This document shows positions 18,635-26,759 of a stretch of DNA of 64,000 nucleotides, piece by piece. Source of the stretch: Candidatus Omnitrophota bacterium. Its GTDB lineage: Bacteria; Omnitrophota; Gorgyraeia; Zapsychrales; Zapsychraceae. A model generated the notes under the pieces. It made no database searches, was not told the DNA's origin, and worked only from the letters and a program-made list of their open reading frames with translations. Position 1 is the first letter of the stretch. The number at the start of each line of letters is the position of its first letter. Made by a program: the position numbers and the translations under genes. The stretch is from contig JACKFK010000004.1 in assembly GCA_020632515.1 (NCBI GenBank), positions 128,068 through 192,067 of the forward strand, written 5' to 3'.

Positions 18635-19492
18635 ATGTTAAAACCGAGTTTAAAAAATCAGAAATCAGCAAAAATTATCCTAAGTTCTTTTATTGTAGGG
18701 TTTTATACGCTTTGTGTGGCGTCCGCGTGGGCAACAGTAACCTTTGTGAAGCCTCAAGATGTTACCCATCAAGTGGAAATTGGAAAGAAGTCAGATATTC
18801 CGATGAATGTATCAATGGAAACCAAGGCTTTCGCGCCAGAACCAACGTCTTTAGCACTTTTTGGGGGGGGATTTATTGGCATGATCATGAGTTTTATTCG
18901 TAAAACTTATGCGATTATTAAAAGGCTGTTTGATTTTGTAGCGAGTTTAATTGGCTTTATTATTTTATTGCCTCTTTTTGCGGCTGTAACGTTATTAGTA
19001 AAGTTAACTTCCAAAGGGCCGATTCTTTATTCTCAAATAAGGGTAGGAAAAGATGGCAGTCTATTTCGCATCTTTAAATTTCGTACTATGAAGGTGGACG
19101 CGGAAAAAGAAACCGGACCAGTTTGGGCGGCGGAAAATGATAATCGGCTGACTTCAATCGGAAAGTTTTTGCGAAAAACACATTTGGATGAGATTCCACA
19201 ATTATTTAATGTCCTTAAAGGGGAAATGAGTATTGTTGGGCCTAGACCAGAGCGGCCTGTTTTTGTGGATAAATTTAAAGCTACAATTCCAAGTTATGAA
19301 AAGCGTTTAATGGTTAAGCCTGGAATTACAGGGTTAGCGCAAGTATGGCACAGCTATGATGAAACGATTGAAGATGTAAAGAAGAAATTAAAGTATGATC
19401 TGCTTTATATTAAGAAATTTGGAATTTGGGCAGATTTAGGGATTTTCTTAAGAACATTTCGCGTTGTTGTTACAGGTGAAGGCGCACGTTAA
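18635..19492 (+). CDS. Phosphoglycosyl (undecaprenyl-phosphate sugar) transferase of the small PglC/WbaP-C-terminal type, with an N-terminal extension that is a signal peptide plus a PEP-CTERM-like sorting motif
   Basis: PGT core: 'KRLFDFVASLIGFIILLPLF', 'KGPILYSQIRVGKDG', 'FKFRTM', 'LDEIPQLFNVLKGEMSIVGPRPERP'. The extension has 'IILSSFIVGFYTLCVASAWA' (signal-peptide-like), then 'PEPTSLALFGGGFIGMIMSFIRK' at nt 18836-18904. The start is ambiguous: GTG 18590 (track) or ATG 18635. Confidence 0.8.
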   Translation: MLKPSLKNQKSAKIILSSFIVGFYTLCVASAWATVTFVKPQDVTHQVEIGKKSDIPMNVSMETKAFAPEPTSLALFGGGFIGMIMSFIRKTYAIIKRLFDFVASLIGFIILLPLFAAVTLLVKLTSKGPILYSQIRVGKDGSLFRIFKFRTMKVDAEKETGPVWAAENDNRLTSIGKFLRKTHLDEIPQLFNVLKGEMSIVGPRPERPVFVDKFKATIPSYEKRLMVKPGITGLAQVWHSYDETIEDVKKKLKYDLLYIKKFGIWADLGIFLRTFRVVVTGEGAR

Positions 19493-19538
19493 GATATTGA
19501 ATAGAAGGTTATTCAATTCCGAAAGGAGGTTGAGTCGA

Positions 19539-19808
19539 ATGGTTAAGAAAATTAAAGATTACGCATATAATGCGATGCTTATCGCACTCGTTCCATTGCT
19601 AACAGGTTGTAATGGTGGCGGAGGTGGTTCTACTTCAGGACTAGGCGGTTTATTTGCTTCTTTCGGAGGCGGAGACGGTTCTGGTGGACCTGGCGTTTTA
19701 GGGTCAGCCGGCGATCTTGCCAGCATCAATAACCCTGAGCCAGCTAGTTTATTGCTTATGGGTAGTGGTATGGCCGCATTAGCTTATTACAAAAATAGAA
19801 AAAAATAA
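19539..19808 (+). CDS. 89-aa glycine-rich PEP-CTERM protein with a lipoprotein signal peptide
   Basis: Strong SD 'AAAGGAGG' at 19522-19529. Lipobox 'LLTGC' (Cys24). Gly/Ser-rich core 'NGGGGGSTSGLGGLFASFGGGDGSGGPG'. C-terminal 'NPEPASLLLMGSGMAALAYYKNRKK' is a canonical PEP-CTERM signal. Start moved from the track's 19464. Confidence 0.75.
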   Translation: MVKKIKDYAYNAMLIALVPLLTGCNGGGGGSTSGLGGLFASFGGGDGSGGPGVLGSAGDLASINNPEPASLLLMGSGMAALAYYKNRKK

Positions 19809-19833
19809 GTCGTTAAATTAAAATATACAAAAA

Positions 19834-19866
19834 GCCCTTTGGCAGAGATCTGTCAAAGGGCTTTTT
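19834..19866 (+). terminator. Rho-independent terminator closing the exosortase/PEP-CTERM operon
   Basis: GCCCTTTGGCAGA / TCTGTCAAAGGGC stem (13 bp, including one G-U pair), followed by TTTTT. Confidence 0.8.
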
Positions 19867-20009
19867 CATTTGTCGATAAGAAGATTAACGATATATTTTC
19901 TTTAAAGAAGAAGGATCCATGATGATAAACGATACGCTCAAAAATTAAGTGTTTTTAATTTGTTGGACGGCGTATGATCATAATACGAATTCCAATATAA
20001 TGTTTTGAA

Positions 20010-20519
20010 TCAATCTTCCATCTTACGGATAAAATATGTGCAGCTTGAAATCATCAGGATGGCCGCGCCTAGATAGAGCATTTCCAATGGCGCGCTAAAG
20101 TGTGATGAGAGGATGGTTTTAAAGAAATACACGATTAAGACCATTACAATAACTTTTAGAAGTTTATTCTTTAATCCATCGAGGGTGGTAATTTCTAAGA
20201 TGTTAATCTCAGTATCTTGCCTGGCAGGATCAATCTTGGAAATAAATAATTCATACACGCCAAAGCTGAAAATCAATAGAACAATTCCAATTAAATATAA
20301 ATCAACCGCACCGATGATATGTATAACTAAAGAGGTATAATCGGCTTTGTTGGTGATGGTGCTGAAAAAGTCTTTGATCGCCATAAATATTTGGATACTA
20401 CCGGCGACAAAAAGTGAGAGAGCAGAAAATAAAGAAAAAATCACAGCTAAGAAAGTGATCAACCTTGATTTCCATAATATAATTTCAAAAATGTGTTCAA
20501 ACGGATTTTGTTTTGACAT
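20010..20519 (-). CDS. YqhA-family (UPF0114) inner-membrane protein
   Basis: Pattern 'W.SRL...', 'GAVDLYLIGIVLLIFSFGVYELFISKID', '...LDGLKNKLLKVIV' matches the YqhA family; 169 aa. Confidence 0.65.
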   Translation of the reverse strand: MSKQNPFEHIFEIILWKSRLITFLAVIFSLFSALSLFVAGSIQIFMAIKDFFSTITNKADYTSLVIHIIGAVDLYLIGIVLLIFSFGVYELFISKIDPARQDTEINILEITTLDGLKNKLLKVIVMVLIVYFFKTILSSHFSAPLEMLYLGAAILMISSCTYFIRKMED

Positions 20520-20711
20520 GATGGTCTTATTTTAAGGTAAGAAAAGGACATGTCAACCAAGAAATAACGCGTGCGAATTAGAATTTTTTAACTGTAGTAG
20601 TCTGAAGATTTATGATAAGGTGAAAATTTAAATAATATTAGTTTTAATTGAAAATTATTAAATTGGATAATCATTTTAACTATAAATTTTATAACGATTA
20701 AGCTTGTTTTT

Positions 20712-21755
20712 ATGAAAAAGAATCTTAGATATTGGTTACTCTATTTAATCTTTGTGACGTTAATAACATTGATATTTTGTGAAGGTTTTGCGCGTTTAAT
20801 GCATTTAGCGCCGCTATTGAATTCACAGTATAGTTTTTTCATTCAGGATCCGTATTTACCGTATAAACCGCAGCCATTTAGTGTTGTTGAAGGCCGGACA
20901 AAACTTGATTTATTCGATTATCACTATCAGTATAATCAGTATGGTTTTCGTGATCAAGAGTATTCGTTGGAAAAGAAACCGGGTGTTTACCGCATCTTGG
21001 GAATAGGTGACAGTTTTACTTATGGAATCGGAGCTAATTTTGAAGATACGTTTTTACGTCAATTAGAAGTAAAGTTGAATAATGAGGATTATTCTCGTCA
21101 AGTGGAAATTATTAAGGCTGGTATTCCAGGGTATTTCCCAGAACCAGAAAGGATGTTATTGGAGCATTATGGCGTTGAATTTAAACCGGATTTTATTCTT
21201 GTTGGATTTTTAGCAAATGATATTATGGGAACACATTTAGGTATTGACTACATGTCTTTAGATAAGCAAGGGCATTTAAAAACAAAAGAAGCGCAGACGC
21301 TTGGACGATTAGGAAGCTTTCTTTACATTCATTCTCATGTCGCTAGGATATTCTTACATAAATATGTAGAATATATTCAGGACTCTAAATATAAATTAAA
21401 AATTTATGATGTAATGGATTTTAGCGCGTTTTATGCACCATCTTGGGAAAAGATAGAGAAAGAATTTATAAAGATGATTGACTTAGCAGATTCGATTAAT
21501 GCGAAGATTGGATTTGTTTATATTCCTCAGGATAATGAATGGACAATTAAAAATTCTTATCCACGTAAACGTTTGGCTGGATTTTGTGATACTAATAATG
21601 TTTTTTTTATTGATGTAACTATACCGATGGGGCAAACTGCTCAAACGACTCAAGAATCTTTGTATTGGCAATTTGATGGGCATTGCACAAAGAGTGGCTA
21701 TAAGGTTATTGCGGATACGCTGTATAACTTTTTTCAAAAGAAAGAATATTTATGA
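20712..21755 (+). CDS. Membrane-anchored SGNH/GDSL-family hydrolase (esterase/acyltransferase-like)
   Basis: N-terminal TM helix; block I 'ILGIGDSFTYGIG'; C-terminal 'DGHCTKSGY' (DxxH block V). Confidence 0.7.
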   Translation: MKKNLRYWLLYLIFVTLITLIFCEGFARLMHLAPLLNSQYSFFIQDPYLPYKPQPFSVVEGRTKLDLFDYHYQYNQYGFRDQEYSLEKKPGVYRILGIGDSFTYGIGANFEDTFLRQLEVKLNNEDYSRQVEIIKAGIPGYFPEPERMLLEHYGVEFKPDFILVGFLANDIMGTHLGIDYMSLDKQGHLKTKEAQTLGRLGSFLYIHSHVARIFLHKYVEYIQDSKYKLKIYDVMDFSAFYAPSWEKIEKEFIKMIDLADSINAKIGFVYIPQDNEWTIKNSYPRKRLAGFCDTNNVFFIDVTIPMGQTAQTTQESLYWQFDGHCTKSGYKVIADTLYNFFQKKEYL

Positions 21756-22471
21756 TTCAATCGTTTACAGTTTTTTTATTAAGTTTATTTGTGTTTACTC
21801 AACCATTGTCAGCGCAGGAAATTTATCCTTTTCGTTCAGGCGAGGAGATTGAATACGATATCATTAAATTTCGAATGAAAGTTGGATCAGCTTCTTTAAA
21901 ATATCATGGTGAAATAAAATTAGATGGTCAAGAGGCTTTGTTAATTTATTTCACAGCGACAGCGCCTAAGTTTCTTGACCAGGAAAAAATATATTTAGAT
22001 CCGTTAACTTTTAAACCTATTCGGGTAGATCGTGATTTGGATATTTTTGGTAAGCAAGAGCAAATCAGCGAGTTTTATTCTCAAGACAATGGTTTGGTTA
22101 GGATTGTTAAGAAATCCAAAGGAGAAACATCAACGCAAATGATTGAGAAAAAACAGCGGTTAGATAATATTTACGGATTCCTTTATAAGATTCGTGCGGG
22201 AAAAGATTTTTCGTCGAAACAAGGATATCAGCTTAATTTGCCGACTACCGAGGTCACGGTTACTTTTAAAGAAAAGATAGCGCTTAAAGTTGCTGATCAA
22301 AAATTTCATGCTTATTATTTGGAAAGTGTTCCAAAACAATATAAAATATGGTTCGACCAAGGGGCGCAAAAAATTCCTTTACGAATTGAAGGAGCGTTGG
22401 GTTCATTAAACGCTTCATTGGTGATGAGTAAATATAGAGATAGAGGACAAGCAATACTGAGTGCCCCCTAG
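21752..22471 (+). CDS. Secreted DUF3108-like protein
   Basis: Signal peptide 'FVFTQPLSAQE'; 'GEEIEYDIIKFRMKVGSASL' resembles the N-terminal DUF3108 signature. ATGA overlap with the upstream gene. Confidence 0.4.
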   Translation: MIQSFTVFLLSLFVFTQPLSAQEIYPFRSGEEIEYDIIKFRMKVGSASLKYHGEIKLDGQEALLIYFTATAPKFLDQEKIYLDPLTFKPIRVDRDLDIFGKQEQISEFYSQDNGLVRIVKKSKGETSTQMIEKKQRLDNIYGFLYKIRAGKDFSSKQGYQLNLPTTEVTVTFKEKIALKVADQKFHAYYLESVPKQYKIWFDQGAQKIPLRIEGALGSLNASLVMSKYRDRGQAILSAP

Positions 22472-22488
22472 AAAAAACAGAGGAACAT

Positions 22489-24579
22489 ATGAAAAAATGT
22501 CCTGTTTGTGACGAATCTCCAGAACTTTCTCCGGTTTTAACTAAACAAGGCGTGGAAGTGGATATTTGTTTGCGCTGCGATGGAGTTTGGTTAGACCGAG
22601 ATGAAATTTATCATTTTACCCGCCGACCAGTATTTATCCGTCAGAAATTAAAAGAAGGTTTAGAGAAGAGGTTTATGTCTTCTCGAAAATCGCCTATCAA
22701 TGGTGAACCGATGATGGAGGTTCCGATATTTGATGGAGACGCGCATATTCATTATTGCCCAAATTCGCATGGCATATGGATTGATAAAAACGAATTTGAG
22801 AATTTTCCTAAAGATAAATTTCTGTTGGAGATTGATGAAGGGATTAAGGAGGAGGCGAAATGGATTGCTGTTAGGAAGATGTCTGGCCAGAATACCGCGC
22901 ATGTCGAGCTGACACCCTTGCCGAATTTAGCTTTTAGTTCTGGATCTGTTTTAGTTGGAATGTACGGAATTCTTACTTTCCTTTTAGTTTTCAGTGTGGA
23001 ATTTTTCTTTTTGGATCCTTCGCTTGCGTTGATGATCGGAGCTGTGATGAGTATTATTCATTTTGCTTTGGCTCCGTTTCTGATGGATTTTACACTTAAA
23101 TTTTTATATAAAGTGCAATGGCTAAAAAGTTTGGATATGCCGGGATATTTACAAGAATTTATTGTTGAAACTTGTTCACAGCAAAAGATTAAACAGCCGC
23201 GTATAGGGTTGATACCCGACGGAGCACCCCAAGCCTTTACTTACGGACATACCCCGAGTACGGCGCGTATTGTTATCTCGCAAGGGTTGCTTGATTTATT
23301 AGATGAAGAAGAAGTAGAAGCTGTTATCGCGCATGAATTCGGACATATAATGCACTGGGATATGCTGGTGATGACGTTCGCGCAGCTTGTTCCTTTGGTC
23401 TTGTATTATATTTATCGTGCATTAATAAATCTTGGATCAACAGGGAAAGATAAATCGTCAGGTTTTCGTTACGTGATCGCGATTGGCGCTTATATACTTT
23501 ATATTGTCAGTGAATATGTTGTGTTGTGGTTTTCCCGGATACGAGAATATTACGCGGATCGTTTTGCCGGGCAGATTACAAAGAAACCTAATAAATTGGC
23601 GTCCGCGTTAGTAAAAATCGGCTATGGTTTAGCTGGTGAAGATTCAAAAAAAACACAGGGAGAAAAGAAGCGTTCTGATTTAGCAAGAGGTTTAGAACCC
23701 TTAGGAATTTTTAACACGCGGCAAGCCAGCGCGTTGGCAATTAGTCGGGGGAGCAATTCAGCTAAAGTTGGAGAAGAAATTGATAAGGAGGCGGTGAAAG
23801 ATATTGCTAAGTGGGATTTATGGAATCCATGGGCTAAGTATTACGAACTACATTCCACTCATCCGTTAATTGCCAAACGTATTCAATTATTAGGTAATTT
23901 AGCTAAATCATTAGGTCAGCCGCCTTTTGCAGATCTTAATGACCGTCAGCCGGAAACATATTGGGATGATTTTTTTATTGATTTGTTTGTGCACCTGTTA
24001 CCCACAATTATTTTTATTGTCGGATTGATCGGCGGGATATCGTCAATTATGCATGGAATTAATCATTTCACTTTTAATTCACCGACAATAAATATTAATT
24101 GGACATTTTTTTCATTAATATTTATCGCTTTAGGAATTGTATCATTATTTAAGGTTTGGTATTCTTATCCGAATGTGCAGTTTCCTTTAATGAATATTAA
24201 GGCTCTTTTAAAAAAGATTAAAGTTTCAGCGGTTTCACCTGTGCCTTGTAAAATTAAAGGTAAGATCATTGGACGCGGCATTCCGGGTTTGATTTATTCA
24301 GAAGATTTTGTTTTACAAGATGACACGGGAATTATTTTTCTTGATTATCAACAGCCTTTTGCTTTTGTGAATTTCTTTTTTGGCTTATTACGAGCGGCGC
24401 AGTATCAAAATAAGGAGGCGGAAATTATTGGGTGGTACCGACGGGCACCGATTCCTTATATTGAAATTAAAGAAATGAATGTTGATGGCAAAACATCGTT
24501 GTGTTATGTCTATCATACAAAAGTCATTTTTAGTGTGCTGTCTATCATTTTGGGTATTTACTTGTTTATCTTTTTTTAA
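22489..24579 (+). CDS. M48-family (HtpX-like) zinc metalloprotease with two N-terminal zinc-ribbon modules and a C-terminal TM + beta-rich extension
   Basis: 'CPVCDE...CLRCDGVWLDRDE' and 'YCPNSHGIWIDKNE' (TFIIB-type Zn-ribbon pattern). 'VIAHEFGHIMHWD' HExxH with downstream 'REYYADRF'. Multiple TM helices; 696 aa. Confidence 0.75.
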   Translation: MKKCPVCDESPELSPVLTKQGVEVDICLRCDGVWLDRDEIYHFTRRPVFIRQKLKEGLEKRFMSSRKSPINGEPMMEVPIFDGDAHIHYCPNSHGIWIDKNEFENFPKDKFLLEIDEGIKEEAKWIAVRKMSGQNTAHVELTPLPNLAFSSGSVLVGMYGILTFLLVFSVEFFFLDPSLALMIGAVMSIIHFALAPFLMDFTLKFLYKVQWLKSLDMPGYLQEFIVETCSQQKIKQPRIGLIPDGAPQAFTYGHTPSTARIVISQGLLDLLDEEEVEAVIAHEFGHIMHWDMLVMTFAQLVPLVLYYIYRALINLGSTGKDKSSGFRYVIAIGAYILYIVSEYVVLWFSRIREYYADRFAGQITKKPNKLASALVKIGYGLAGEDSKKTQGEKKRSDLARGLEPLGIFNTRQASALAISRGSNSAKVGEEIDKEAVKDIAKWDLWNPWAKYYELHSTHPLIAKRIQLLGNLAKSLGQPPFADLNDRQPETYWDDFFIDLFVHLLPTIIFIVGLIGGISSIMHGINHFTFNSPTININWTFFSLIFIALGIVSLFKVWYSYPNVQFPLMNIKALLKKIKVSAVSPVPCKIKGKIIGRGIPGLIYSEDFVLQDDTGIIFLDYQQPFAFVNFFFGLLRAAQYQNKEAEIIGWYRRAPIPYIEIKEMNVDGKTSLCYVYHTKVIFSVLSIILGIYLFIFF

Positions 24580-24596
24580 TTTAGAATTCTTGGTGA

Positions 24597-24628
24597 GTAG
24601 GGGACAGGCAATGCTGCCTGTCCCCTAC
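24597..24628 (+). terminator. Perfect 14-bp GC-rich hairpin after the M48 gene (no T-tract)
   Basis: GTAGGGGACAGGCA-atgc-TGCCTGTCCCCTAC. Shares the core GGACAGGC...GCCTGTCC with the hairpin at 37992. Confidence 0.5.
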
Positions 24629-24719
24629 TATTGATTGTTCCCTTTGACTTCTCCAGGAAAATGTGCTTGAATAGGTCTTCATTATATAAACTAATTTCGA
24701 CAGATGAATAAAGAATTTT

Positions 24720-25898
24720 ATGTCACTTCCTGATAAAACTGGACATTTTGGTGAATTTGGTGGGCGTTACGCCCCAGAAACGCTGATGGCGTTGCTGGAA
24801 GATCTTGAACGGATTTTCCATTCTTTAAAGTCTGATAAAGCCTTCCAAAAAGAGTTTCAGCATTATCTCAAAGAGTATGCCGGCCGTCCTACGAATTTAT
24901 ATTCCGCTCAACGTTTAAGCGCGCATTTAAAAACCTTAAAGGTTTATCTTAAGCGAGAAGATTTACTCCATACCGGCGCACATAAGATTAATAACACCCT
25001 TGGGCAAGTGCTTGTTGCTAAAAAAATGGGTAAGACGCGCATCATTGCTGAAACCGGAGCTGGTCAGCATGGGGTAGCGACGGCTACAGCCTGCGCGTTG
25101 ATGGGATTGCAGTGTGAAATTTATATGGGCGCTGAAGATGTGGAACGTCAGGCTCTTAATGTATTTCGCATGAAATTAATGGGAGCGAAGGTTATTCCGG
25201 TGGAAAGTGGATCAAAAACATTAAAAGATGCAATGAATGAAGCTATTCGTGACTGGGTCACGAATGTTCAAAACACTTTTTATATTATCGGTTCTGTCGC
25301 TGGGATGCATCCGTATCCGGTGATGGTGCGGGATTTTCAAGCCGTCATTGGCCGGGAAGCACGAAAACAATTTTTGATAAAAGAGAAGAAATTACCGGAT
25401 TATTTATTAGCTTGTATCGGCGGCGGCAGCAACGCGATGGGGTTATTTCATGCGTTCTATACGGATAAAAAAGTAAAGATGATCGGAGTGGAAGCAGCGG
25501 GCTGCGGGTTAAACACGCAGCAGCATGCCGCCCCGTTAGCCAAGGGAAAAATCGGGGTTCTTCACGGCAGTAAAAGTTTGTTGATGCAGACTCCCGATGG
25601 ACAAATCCAGATTGCGCATTCAATTGCGGCTGGGTTAGACTATCCTGGTGTCGGGCCGGAACACGCATATTATCAACAAAGTGGCCGGGCAGAATACGTA
25701 GCTGTTAATGATCATGAAGCGATTAAGGGGTTAAAACTGCTTTCACAAACCGAAGGAATTATTCCAGCGCTGGAAACAGCGCATGCCATTGCTTATTTAG
25801 AAAAATTAGCTAAGAAGGTTAAAAAGAAAAGCACGGTCATTGTGTGTTTATCTGGTCGTGGCGACAAAGATGTGGCTTCCATTAAAGATTTGATATGA
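24720..25898 (+). CDS. trpB: Tryptophan synthase beta chain
   Basis: '[16 protein letters not shown]', 'HTGAHKINN' (PLP-Lys), 'ETGAGQHG', 'GGGSNA'; 392 aa. Confidence 0.95.
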   Translation: MSLPDKTGHFGEFGGRYAPETLMALLEDLERIFHSLKSDKAFQKEFQHYLKEYAGRPTNLYSAQRLSAHLKTLKVYLKREDLLHTGAHKINNTLGQVLVAKKMGKTRIIAETGAGQHGVATATACALMGLQCEIYMGAEDVERQALNVFRMKLMGAKVIPVESGSKTLKDAMNEAIRDWVTNVQNTFYIIGSVAGMHPYPVMVRDFQAVIGREARKQFLIKEKKLPDYLLACIGGGSNAMGLFHAFYTDKKVKMIGVEAAGCGLNTQQHAAPLAKGKIGVLHGSKSLLMQTPDGQIQIAHSIAAGLDYPGVGPEHAYYQQSGRAEYVAVNDHEAIKGLKLLSQTEGIIPALETAHAIAYLEKLAKKVKKKSTVIVCLSGRGDKDVASIKDLI

Positions 25899-26695
25899 AG
25901 ATTATGAATCGGATTGATATAAAATTTAAAGCATTGCGTAAGGCAAAAAAAAAGGCGTTTATTGCTTTTATTACAGCGGGTGACCCAAATTTAAAAACAA
26001 CAAAAGAATTGGTGTTAGCTTTTGAAAAGGCTGGTGTCGATATTGTGGAATTGGGCGTGCCGTTTTCTGATCCTTTGGCAGATGGCCCCACAATTCAATC
26101 TTCCTCGCAGAGAGCCTTGCAACAGCATGTGACTTTAGAGAAAATTATTCAGTTAGTCAAAGATATTCGGCGGTATTCTGAAATCCCAATTGCGTTGATG
26201 ACTTATTATAATCCAGTTTTTGCTATGGGAGAGGCTGTATTTGTCAAAAAAGCCGCGCAAGCCGGAGTGGATGGGGTTATTATTCCAGATTTACCTCCGG
26301 AAGAAGGAAAGAATTTAATTAAACTCACCGCTGCTTATCAGCTGGCAATGGTGCAATTTTTATCACCCACAACAACTTTAGCCAGAACAAAACGGATAAT
26401 TCAATCCGCCAGCGGGTTTATTTATTTTGTTTCGGTTACCGGTGTTACTGGCGCGCGGACACAAGCACCAGTTGATTTTATGAGTCATGTTAAAAAAGCG
26501 CAACGATTGACAAAAAAACCTATTTGTGTGGGGTTTGGAGTATCAACGCCGCAGCAAGTCCAGAAAATTGCTCAATCCGCGGATGGTGTTATTGTTGGCA
26601 GCGCGATTATTAATCAGATTCTTCAGCAGAAGGGAAAGAAAGATCTGGTAAAGAATACAGCACAATTTGTTCGGAGATTAACAAAAGTACTGTAA
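25895..26695 (+). CDS. trpA: Tryptophan synthase alpha chain
   Basis: 'FITAGDP', '[17 protein letters not shown]', '[10 protein letters not shown]', 'GFGVS'. ATGA overlap with trpB. Confidence 0.95.
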   Translation: MKIMNRIDIKFKALRKAKKKAFIAFITAGDPNLKTTKELVLAFEKAGVDIVELGVPFSDPLADGPTIQSSSQRALQQHVTLEKIIQLVKDIRRYSEIPIALMTYYNPVFAMGEAVFVKKAAQAGVDGVIIPDLPPEEGKNLIKLTAAYQLAMVQFLSPTTTLARTKRIIQSASGFIYFVSVTGVTGARTQAPVDFMSHVKKAQRLTKKPICVGFGVSTPQQVQKIAQSADGVIVGSAIINQILQQKGKKDLVKNTAQFVRRLTKVL

Positions 26696-26759
26696 AGGTG
26701 AGCTAAGGCTTTACGGCAGGAAGAATATATAATTTTGACAATTTACTGGGAAATTAATT

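Noticed and set aside
24630-24719. Trp attenuator or T-box leader upstream of trpB; likewise a T-box upstream of argS (28899-29017).
   Set aside because: The spacers (~90 and ~120 nt) are too short for T-box leaders. No specifier/antiterminator arrangement or Trp-codon leader peptide was found.
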